This document shows, one piece after another, positions 57,052 to 64,000 of a stretch of DNA of 64,000 bases. The stretch comes from Alphaproteobacteria bacterium (GTDB taxonomy: Bacteria > Pseudomonadota > Alphaproteobacteria > UBA828): NCBI GenBank assembly GCA_965237415.1, contig CBDEFM010000002.1, positions 1,152,001 to 1,216,000 on the forward strand, in the 5' to 3' direction. The translations under genes and the position numbers were made by a program. The first letter of the stretch is position 1. Each line of letters starts with the position of its first letter. The notes under the pieces were generated by a model that searched no databases, was not told the DNA's origin, and saw nothing but the letters and a program-made list of their open reading frames with translations.

Positions 57052-57526
57052 TGTTCATCTCCCGCGCGCCTGCCGGCGCGACTATCTCCCGCGCGCCTGC
57101 CGGCGCGACCTCCAACACGAAGGGCCGGTCTGCGGCCCAGTCCATGAGATGGCGAAAGGCCGTGCGGGAGGCGAACACCGCCGCCTGGCGGCGCCCGCTC
57201 ACGGTCATCCGCCCCCGGCGGAGGCCCGGCAGCAGGCAGCCCGATGTGTGGGTATGCCAGCCGCGCTCCACGTCGCCGCCGAGGTTGCCGGCATGGAAGA
57301 GGATGTGGCTGCGGCCTTGCACCTGCGTCACCAGCAGGCAACGCCGGTGGCGCGGCGACAGGTGCGGCACCACCTCGTAGAGCCCGGCCGGGATGCAGGA
57401 GCGGTTGCGCCGGTTGCCGCGCCAGGGCGGCTCCATGATGCAGAGAGGCGGAAGGCCGGGGCCGCTCAGGACCCCCAGCGTGCCCTGCTCGCTCTCCTGC
57501 TCCCGCCTGAGGATCGCCCGCTGCAT
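57044..57526 (-). CDS. DUF5675 family protein (putative phage lysin)
   Basis: GTLG, E.PW..N...SCIPAG.Y, ILFHAGN, T.GCLLPG. Confidence 0.75.
   Translation of the reverse strand: MQRAILRREQESEQGTLGVLSGPGLPPLCIMEPPWRGNRRNRSCIPAGLYEVVPHLSPRHRRCLLVTQVQGRSHILFHAGNLGGDVERGWHTHTSGCLLPGLRRGRMTVSGRRQAAVFASRTAFRHLMDWAADRPFVLEVAPAGAREIVAPAGAREMNNA
57056..57109 (-). repeat. 2 x 27-bp in-frame tandem duplication (VAPAGARE twice)
   Basis: ATCTCCCGCGCGCCTGCCGGCGCGAC occurs twice with period 27. Confidence 0.95.
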
Positions 57527-57709
57527 GGGACGATCATGGGCACGCGCGCCCGACCTGTGCACCGCACCATGGTCCGGTGCTTTGCCGCTCACGGCAGCCG
57601 GCCTGCGGCCGGCGCCTCCGCGAGGGCGCCGCAGGAGCGGCGGGCCGCGGTCGCGGCCTATCGCGAGCCCGTCAAAGACGGACTCGCTCTAGCTAGGGTA
57701 GCACCGGCG

Positions 57710-58258
57710 TCAGTCGACGAGCCATTTGGTGCGCCAGAACGCGCGCATGTCGAGCGCCATACTGGGGCCGACGACATCGGGTGTGGCGCCGACCGCTGCT
57801 CGATGCTCCGGGCCTGCGGGGCGCGTATCGGCGCCTTCCCAGGGCAGCGGACCCTGCCAGACGATCTTGTCCCCGATCGCGTAGATGGCGCAGTCGGGCC
57901 GGGCGGCGGGATGAGCCTGCGCGATCCTCTCGCGGCAGCGCTCGAGCGCCGGATACCTGTAGTGGACATCCCTGATCGGACGGGCCGAGACATGGTCGAG
58001 GATATGGCAGCCGAGGGTGCCGCAGTAGACGTACCAGCCGCCCCGCCCGTTGCGGTCGAGAGCGAGCACGGCATAGCCGCTTCTCGCATGGCGCAGATAG
58101 TCGCCCCACCACGCCGTGAACCAGGCCGGCGCCTCCGCGTGCAGATCGTCGGCGGAGGCGGCGGTGGCCCGTATCCGCTGGCCTTCGATGTGGGTGGGCG
58201 CTGTGCACGCCGCGAGCAGGGCCGCCGCCAGGACGAGGATCAGCGCCGCGCGGGGCAT
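57710..58258 (-). CDS. Hypothetical lipoprotein
   Basis: Lipobox LAAC; ATG overlaps the repressor stop (TGATG); four additional Cys. Confidence 0.65.
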   Translation of the reverse strand: MPRAALILVLAAALLAACTAPTHIEGQRIRATAASADDLHAEAPAWFTAWWGDYLRHARSGYAVLALDRNGRGGWYVYCGTLGCHILDHVSARPIRDVHYRYPALERCRERIAQAHPAARPDCAIYAIGDKIVWQGPLPWEGADTRPAGPEHRAAVGATPDVVGPSMALDMRAFWRTKWLVD

Positions 58259-59172
58259 CACTCGAAGGTCCGCGAGGCCCAGCGCACCTCGCCCACCACC
58301 TCCGCCTCTGGGGGCCAGGGCACCGGCTCCCAGGACGGGTGATCGCTGACGAGGAACCACTGCCGCCCGCGCCGCTCCAGGCGCTTCACAACCAAGCCCT
58401 CGTCCGTGGTGACCACGAAGATGCGGCCGGTGCGGCGGCGGGTGCGGGTACGGTCCACCAGAATCTTGGCGCCGGCAGGGAGCGTCGGCTCCATGGACTC
58501 GCCCCGCACCGAAATGACCACGCAGAGCGTCGGGTCGATGCCATGGCCGTCGAGCCAGTCGCGGCGGAACCAGACCGGCCCCTTGACCGGCGCCTCGTCG
58601 AGATTGACCGCGCCGCCGCCCGCCGCGGCTTCGATCTCGCGCGTCCCCACCGAGCGCGCGCCGGGGGTCACGCCATCCTCGTTGGCCGCCGCGACGGGCC
58701 TTGCGTCGGCGTTGGCAAAGCCCACCGCCGGCGCCGGCCGCAGCTCCCCCGGAATTGGATCGCCGCCGGCGTCCGCGACCAGCCGCACCAGCGTCTGCAC
58801 CGCGCCCTCGAGGCCCAACAGAGGCACCGCCTCGTAGGGCGCGGCCTGCGATGCGTCGTTCCAACCGGGCGCCGGCGGTTCCGACAAAGCCCCGCCTGCC
58901 GCAGCACGGGCCGCGCCATCCCCGTCGTCCTCACCGTCGGCACGCACGCCGGCGGACGGGCCGATCGAAAGCGTCAACCCGAGGGCGGCGCAGATCTCGG
59001 CCGCGCGGTCCACCGAGGGCGCCTGCTCTCGCGTGGGATCGAGAATCCCGCGCAGCGTCCAGGGCCTGAGCCCGTGGGCGGCTTCGAAGCGCCGCGCGCC
59101 CACGCCGGCCGCCGTCAGGGCCTCGCGCACGGCGCGGCGGATTTGCTCGCTGGGTCGAGTCGGACTCGGCAT
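58258..59172 (-). CDS. Phage CI-like repressor (HTH plus S24 autopeptidase)
   Basis: PSVDRAAEICAALG, AAAGGG cleavage region, GESMEPTL, VKRL. Confidence 0.88.
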   Translation of the reverse strand: MPSPTRPSEQIRRAVREALTAAGVGARRFEAAHGLRPWTLRGILDPTREQAPSVDRAAEICAALGLTLSIGPSAGVRADGEDDGDGAARAAAGGALSEPPAPGWNDASQAAPYEAVPLLGLEGAVQTLVRLVADAGGDPIPGELRPAPAVGFANADARPVAAANEDGVTPGARSVGTREIEAAAGGGAVNLDEAPVKGPVWFRRDWLDGHGIDPTLCVVISVRGESMEPTLPAGAKILVDRTRTRRRTGRIFVVTTDEGLVVKRLERRGRQWFLVSDHPSWEPVPWPPEAEVVGEVRWASRTFE

Positions 59173-59246
59173 GTGCACAATATAGCACATCCTTCTATGC
59201 ATGAAAGTGCTTGATTCTATCATGCTCGATCATGCATATATGTGTG
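59173..59246. promoter_or_regulatory. Divergent cI/cro promoter-operator region
   Basis: AT-rich; TATGCATGA (59196) and TCATGCATA (59230) form an inverted pair; CTTGAT..GCATAT promoter-like boxes. Confidence 0.6.
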
Positions 59247-59552
59247 ATGGTGCACAGTGACCGGCTGCTCATCGCCCTGATCCGCTCATACGCGGCGGCG
59301 CGCGGCATCTCCGTCTCCTACGCCTCGCGCCTGCTCACCGGCAGCGGCGACACGGTGGATCGCGTCACCGCCGGCGCCAGCATCACCGCGCGCCGGGCCG
59401 AGACCATCCTGCGCCGCGCCTCGCAGCGCTGGCCCGACGGCCGCGCCTGGCCCACCGACATTCCGCGCCCGGCGCCTCAAGGGGAGTACGACCAAGGGGC
59501 AACGACGACGCCGAGCGTTCCCGAACCCGGCGACAAGAAACAAGAGACATGA
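59247..59552 (+). CDS. Cro-like phage DNA-binding protein
   Basis: Divergent from cI; HTH-like region and WP....WPTDIPRP tail of alphaproteobacterial phage Cro-like proteins. Confidence 0.7.
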   Translation: MVHSDRLLIALIRSYAAARGISVSYASRLLTGSGDTVDRVTAGASITARRAETILRRASQRWPDGRAWPTDIPRPAPQGEYDQGATTTPSVPEPGDKKQET

Positions 59553-59565
59553 AAGGGAGAAGCAG

Positions 59566-60108
59566 ATGACCGCACCTGCGGCGGCGCCAATTTCGATGGA
59601 GGACATCGTCGCCCTCGCGAGGGCCTTCGCGGCGGCGCGCGCGGCGACGGAGGCGCTGGCCGAGGACATCAAGGCGCTGCAGCGCAAGGCCTTGCGAAGC
59701 CGCCTTCGCGCGCTCCGCACCCGGATCGGCGAACAGGCGGCGTCGGAGGAGGCATTGCGTGCCGCGATCCTGGCCCGGCCCGACCTCTTCGTCAGACCGC
59801 GCACCGTCGCGGTGGACGGCATCAGGTTCGGGCTTCGCAAGCAGCCGGGCAGCGTTTCGGTGGGCGACGAGGCGCAGGCGATCAGTCGGCTGCGCGAGCT
59901 CTTCCCGAACCGGGCCGTGGGGCTGATCCGCGTCAAGGAATCCCTCGACCGTGCGGCGCTCCGCAAGTTTCCGGCGGCCGAGCTCGCGCAGATCGGCGTC
60001 ACCATGGAGAAGGCGACGGATGAGGTCGCCATCGCCGCTGCATCCGGCGATCTCGACCGGGTTGTCGCCGCCCTGCTCGACGACGCCGCACACATGGAAG
60101 CGGCATGA
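59566..60108 (+). CDS. Mu Gam-like host-nuclease inhibitor family protein
   Basis: Coiled coil followed by LF.RPRT...GIRFGLRK and LIRVKESLDR. Confidence 0.65.
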   Translation: MTAPAAAPISMEDIVALARAFAAARAATEALAEDIKALQRKALRSRLRALRTRIGEQAASEEALRAAILARPDLFVRPRTVAVDGIRFGLRKQPGSVSVGDEAQAISRLRELFPNRAVGLIRVKESLDRAALRKFPAAELAQIGVTMEKATDEVAIAAASGDLDRVVAALLDDAAHMEAA

Positions 60109-60941
60109 GGGGCGGAAGAGTCGGCGGCGCGGAACACGTGGCGAGCCGGGCCGCGCGCGCCCGCGCCGAACGCCTGTGGCACGAAACTGTCGCGCGCCCA
60201 GGCGCGCCCGAGAGCAATGTTGCGCGGCCCTGCACGCCTGCGAACGATTTGAGCGCAGCGAGAAACCCCCACCTCACCCTGGCCCTCTCCTCCCCGCCGG
60301 GAGGAGAGGGAGAAAAAGCTGTCACCGCCCACGTTCCCTCTCCGCCCCCCAGCGCCGCAAGGCGCGAGAGCCAAGTGAGCGGAGCGAACGCCCGGCGCCT
60401 GAGGGAGATGGAAAGAGTGGCGGAAAGGGACAGGGAGAGGCGGGGGACGACAAACGACCCTCCCCTCCCCAACGACCCCGCGACGCGCAAGCTGCGGGCG
60501 CTCTGGATCAGCGCGTTTCACCTGGGCCTGACCCAGGACCGCTCGGACGGCGCGCTCGTAGCCTGGCTCCGCCGCCAGACGAACCTCGACTCCGACACCT
60601 GCCTGACCGCCGACGGTCTCGACCGCGCCGTTCAGCCGTTGGAGGCCTGGCTCGCGCGCGCCGCAGGCGTGGACTGGCGGCCGCACCTCTCCCTCGACCG
60701 GAGCGGGCGGGTGCGGGAGACCCGCCGCCCCCGAGCGCGGGTGTTGGAGGCCCAATGGCGCCTGCTCCACCGCCAGGGGCGGGTGCGGATTGGGAGCCAC
60801 GCGGCGCTTGGCGCCTACGCCGCCCGCTTCGCCGGCCTCGGCCGCGCCGACTGCCACCTCGCGCTCAGCGACGCCCAGTCCGACGCCCTGATCCGCCACC
60901 TCGGCAAATGCATCCGCGCGGCAGGCAAGGGCCATGGCTGA
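60105..60941 (+). CDS. GemA/DUF1018-like phage regulatory protein with repeat-derived N-terminal insert
   Basis: KLRALW..LG...DRSD.AL.AW..RQT; LS..Q.DALI..LG. Confidence 0.65.
   Translation: MRGGRVGGAEHVASRAARARAERLWHETVARPGAPESNVARPCTPANDLSAARNPHLTLALSSPPGGEGEKAVTAHVPSPPPSAARRESQVSGANARRLREMERVAERDRERRGTTNDPPLPNDPATRKLRALWISAFHLGLTQDRSDGALVAWLRRQTNLDSDTCLTADGLDRAVQPLEAWLARAAGVDWRPHLSLDRSGRVRETRRPRARVLEAQWRLLHRQGRVRIGSHAALGAYAARFAGLGRADCHLALSDAQSDALIRHLGKCIRAAGKGHG
60265..60311. repeat. Palindromic element inside a CDS
   Basis: CCCACCTCACCCTGGCCCTCTCCTCCC-cgcc-GGGAGGAGAGGG. Confidence 0.7.
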
Positions 60942-61281
60942 TGTCGCGCCCCTCCCCGGCGTGCTGGAGGAGATCGCGGACATCGCGGGCCGGCCGACCG
61001 CGATCGCGATCGCGCTCGCCTGGGGCGGTCGCGAGGTCCACATCCCGAAGCCGCTTCATCTGGCGCGCCACCCCGACCACCCCCTCGCCCGCCTGCTGGA
61101 GGCCGAGGGAACGGCGCTCAAGGTCTCGGACTACCTCGGCGGAAGCTGCATCTACCTGCCGCGGGCCCGACGCGCCTGCGCCCTTCACCTCGCCGCCGCC
61201 GGCGCGACGCCCGCCGAGGTCGCCGCGCGCCTCGGGCTCTCCCCCAGCGCCGCCAGGCGATACATCAGGGGAGCGCCTTAG
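60934..61281 (+). CDS. Mor/C-like phage transcriptional activator
   Basis: LPGVLEEIA..AG...A..WGG....IP, GG..IYLP, C-terminal HTH; follows gemA as in Mu-like phages. Confidence 0.7.
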   Translation: MADVAPLPGVLEEIADIAGRPTAIAIALAWGGREVHIPKPLHLARHPDHPLARLLEAEGTALKVSDYLGGSCIYLPRARRACALHLAAAGATPAEVAARLGLSPSAARRYIRGAP

Positions 61282-61538
61282 GGACGCCCGGTGCGACGGG
61301 AACACAAGCAAGCGGCGGGACAAGCGCCGGGCGCATGAGTGATATGCTTTGGGGGCGGACTGTCCGGCGTTGCACGGCCGCCGTGCCATGACCACATCAC
61401 GGGTGGCGGCGCCCGGCCCGCATCCCCGCGAGGGAGGGGCCGCGCCGCCGCAGATTCAACAGAGGGCCACGCGCGGACGATCGGTCCATCGAGCGGCAGC
61501 CACCGGAGCCCGGTTAGAATAGGAAAGGGTACGTCGTC

Positions 61539-62033
61539 ATGCCCCAGTCATTGCACCCCACGAAGATCGACATTGCCGACAACACACGCGCCGCGATGGT
61601 CGAGCTGCTCAACGCGCGCCTCGCCGACGCGGTGGACCTCGCGACCCAGATGAAGCAGGCCCACTGGAACGTGAAGGGCCCCTCCTTCATCGCCCTGCAC
61701 GAGCTCTTCGACGCCATCCACGTGGCCGTTCAGGGCCACGTCGACAACCTGGCGGAGCGCATCACGGTGCTGGGCGGCACCGCGCGCGGCACGGCTCAGG
61801 TCGCAGCGGCGGACTCGGGCCTCCCCGCCTATCCGCTGGAAATCACAGCGGGCGCCGATCATGTGGAGGCGGTGAGCATCGCGCTCGCCGCCTTCGGCAA
61901 GGGCATCCGCGCCGCCATTGCCGAGGCCGGCGAAGCCGGCGATGCCGACACCGAAGACCTCTTCGTCGAGGTCTCGCGCGACATCGACAAGAACCTCTGG
62001 CTGGTCGAGGCCCACGCGCAGTCGCAGCGCTAG
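61539..62033 (+). CDS. dps: DNA starvation/stationary phase protection protein Dps
   Basis: KQAHWNVKGP.FIALHELFD, D.LAER, DK.LW.VEAH. Confidence 0.96.
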   Translation: MPQSLHPTKIDIADNTRAAMVELLNARLADAVDLATQMKQAHWNVKGPSFIALHELFDAIHVAVQGHVDNLAERITVLGGTARGTAQVAAADSGLPAYPLEITAGADHVEAVSIALAAFGKGIRAAIAEAGEAGDADTEDLFVEVSRDIDKNLWLVEAHAQSQR

Positions 62034-62287
62034 ACAGAGTTGCTCCAGGGCGCTCGTGGCGAAGAGCGCCCTGGGCGGCGCGGTAAAAGTTACAAAAAGG
62101 GTGGCGGGTGCCTACAAAACGAAGCCAATTTCGCGTAGCACCATGATTAACGAACATAAAATATAGATTTTCGCTCGAAGCCCTCCCCCATCGGGACGCC
62201 GTGCCGGCGGCAAAGACCGGTTGACTCGTCGGCGCCCGATGCGTCAGGGTTTTACCCATAGTGAAATGCGGGGGCGCCTCTCGGGGG

Positions 62288-62953
62288 ATGGCCAAGAGCT
62301 CGGCGAAGGCACGGCCGGCGGAGACGGACGCCCCCTTGGGGAAGCGGCTGCGCGACCGCCGCCAGCAGCTCGGACTGACGCTCAAGGAGGTGGCCAACGG
62401 CGCCGGCCTCTCGGTGGGTTTCATCTCTCAGATCGAACGGGGGCTCAACGCGCCCTCTCTGTCATCGCTCGCCGCCATCTCCGGCGTGCTGCGCACCCAC
62501 GTCACCGAGTTCCTGACACAGCCCCGGCCGGATGCGCCCTTCACGCTGATGGGCGAGCGGCGCAGCTTCGCCATCGAGCAGCACGCGCTCCGCTACGAGC
62601 GCATTTCGGCATCCTTCCCCGGCAGCGTTCTCAACGGCGTCATCATCCACAAGCCGCCGGGGCATCGCTCCGAGTGGATCCGGCACGAGGGCGAAGAGCT
62701 TTTCTACATCCTGGAGGGGGCAATCACGGTAGAGACCGAGGACGAGAGCACCGTGCTCGAGGCCGGCTCCTCCATCCATTTCAAGTCGACGCGACGGCAT
62801 TCGAGCTGGAACCACGGCACGTCGCCGGCCGTGATCCTGCATGTGTGCACATCGGATCTGTTCGGCGACCAGAGCAAGCGGCCGCAAGCGGCGGACGATG
62901 CCAGACCGTCGCAGGCGGCCGAAACCGAGGATTGCGACAAGGGAGAACCATGA
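62288..62953 (+). CDS. XRE-family regulator with cupin domain
   Basis: LTLKEVA..AGLSVGFISQIERG, HEGEE, H.S...H. Confidence 0.9.
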   Translation: MAKSSAKARPAETDAPLGKRLRDRRQQLGLTLKEVANGAGLSVGFISQIERGLNAPSLSSLAAISGVLRTHVTEFLTQPRPDAPFTLMGERRSFAIEQHALRYERISASFPGSVLNGVIIHKPPGHRSEWIRHEGEELFYILEGAITVETEDESTVLEAGSSIHFKSTRRHSSWNHGTSPAVILHVCTSDLFGDQSKRPQAADDARPSQAAETEDCDKGEP

Positions 62954-62954
62954 C

Positions 62955-64000
62955 ATGAGAGCACTACTGAAATTGCTGTCGGCAGCCTCGCTGGTGGCGG
63001 CCTTGGGCGCGGTGCCCCAGATCGTTCAGGCCGGCGGCGTGCTGCGCCTCGACGAGGTCGCGGTCGGCGAGCTCGACCCGGCCAAGGCGTCGGACTACGC
63101 CGATTCCATCCTGATGTTCAACGTCTACGACACCCTCGTCATCCCGCAGCAGGGCGCGCCCGGTCACGATCCGCATCTGGCCGCGAGCTGGTCTGGCGAA
63201 GGGACGAGCTTCACCTTCACCCTGCGCGATGACGTGAAGTTCCAGAGCGGCAATCCGCTCACCGCCGACGATGTAGTCTTCTCGCTCGACCGCATGAAGA
63301 CCATCGGCCACGGGCTCTCCTACCTGTTCGTGAGCGTGCAGGGCGCCGAGGCGCTGGACGCCCACACCGTACGCTTCGATCTTTCCGAGCCCTATGCGCC
63401 CTTCGTCTCGTCGCTGGTGCGGCTCCCCATCGTCGACAAGCAGCTCGTCATGGCCAATCTCGGCGAAGGCGAGGGCGAGATGGGGGACTGGGGCCAGGCC
63501 TTCCTCTCGCAGAACGGGGGCGGGTCGGGCGCCTATCGGGTGGTCTCCCACAACCCGCAGGACGAGACGGTGATGGAGAAGAGCGCCGACTACTTCCTGC
63601 CCATCGCCGAAGCGGCGCCGGATACGGTGCGGCTTCGCTACGGGCTCGAGGCGGCGACGGTGCGCACGCTCATCGCCCAGGGCGAGCATGACATCTCCTC
63701 GCAGTGGGTGCCACCGGAGGTGCTCCGCGCGCTTTCCGAGGGCGGCGCGCAGCTCCTCACCGAGGGCGGCGTGACCGGCTTCTATATGAAGTTGAACACG
63801 ACCAAGCCGCCGCTCGACGACGTGCACTGCCGCCTTGCGCTGGCCAAGGCCTTCGACTACGAGGGGGGCATCAAGATCATCGCGGTCACCGACGAAGTCT
63901 CGCAGGGGACGCTGTCGACGGGCGCGATCCCCGCCGCGATGCTGGGCGCCAACCCGCGGGAGAAGGCGCAGACGCGCGACCTCGACGCGGCACGGCAACA
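62955..64000 (+). CDS. Peptide/nickel ABC substrate-binding protein, family 5 (partial)
   Basis: Manual translation MRALLKLL...LDPAKASDYADSILMFNVYDTL...FTLRDDVKFQSGNPLTADDVVFS...GSGAY. Confidence 0.92.
   Translation, partial: MRALLKLLSAASLVAALGAVPQIVQAGGVLRLDEVAVGELDPAKASDYADSILMFNVYDTLVIPQQGAPGHDPHLAASWSGEGTSFTFTLRDDVKFQSGNPLTADDVVFSLDRMKTIGHGLSYLFVSVQGAEALDAHTVRFDLSEPYAPFVSSLVRLPIVDKQLVMANLGEGEGEMGDWGQAFLSQNGGGSGAYRVVSHNPQDETVMEKSADYFLPIAEAAPDTVRLRYGLEAATVRTLIAQGEHDISSQWVPPEVLRALSEGGAQLLTEGGVTGFYMKLNTTKPPLDDVHCRLALAKAFDYEGGIKIIAVTDEVSQGTLSTGAIPAAMLGANPREKAQTRDLDAARQ

Larger units (their letters stand above)
56141..61281. mobile_element. Mu-like prophage remnant (regulatory and lysis genes only)
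   Basis: cI-S24, cro, gam, gemA, mor-like, DUF5675, holin-like and DUF2730-like genes. Confidence 0.75.

Noticed and set aside
55767-57341. 524-aa ORF spanning the lysis genes and repeat
   Set aside because: Low-complexity Arg/Pro/Ala-rich alternative frame overlapping three better-supported genes.
56141-61281. Complete inducible prophage or gene transfer agent
   Set aside because: No integrase, transposase, terminase, capsid or tail genes in the window.
1-64000. tRNA or rRNA genes
   Set aside because: No cloverleaf or rRNA signature was noticed on reading; a tRNAscan-SE run would be needed to exclude them formally.

Overview
High-GC window, probably from an alphaproteobacterium (inferred from gene content). 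Positions 1-55.4 kb form a catabolic/transport island. It holds three hydantoinase/oxoprolinase A+B clusters, five ABC importer systems, two IPNS-like 2OG-Fe(II) oxygenases, TauD, rhodanese, GMC, DadA-like, DSD1 and C45 enzymes, and a 5'-truncated ISNCY/IS1202-like element. Positions 56.1-61.3 kb hold a compact Mu-like module (cI, cro, gam, gemA, mor plus an oppositely oriented lysis cassette) with no transposase or virion genes. It is followed by dps, an XRE-cupin regulator and a peptide-binding protein. The most unusual signal is non-coding. One hairpin motif, GTCGCGC-N5-7-GCGCGCGG, always lies on the transcribed strand and is amplified at five separate loci. Four are 26/27/28/28-bp tandem arrays at gene 3' ends, and one is a repeat-spacer array inside a CTAG-flanked MITE inserted just after a permease start codon. 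Copies of that MITE's terminal repeat lie near two of the other arrays and on stop codons. All product calls are from motif recognition only; no database searches were run.
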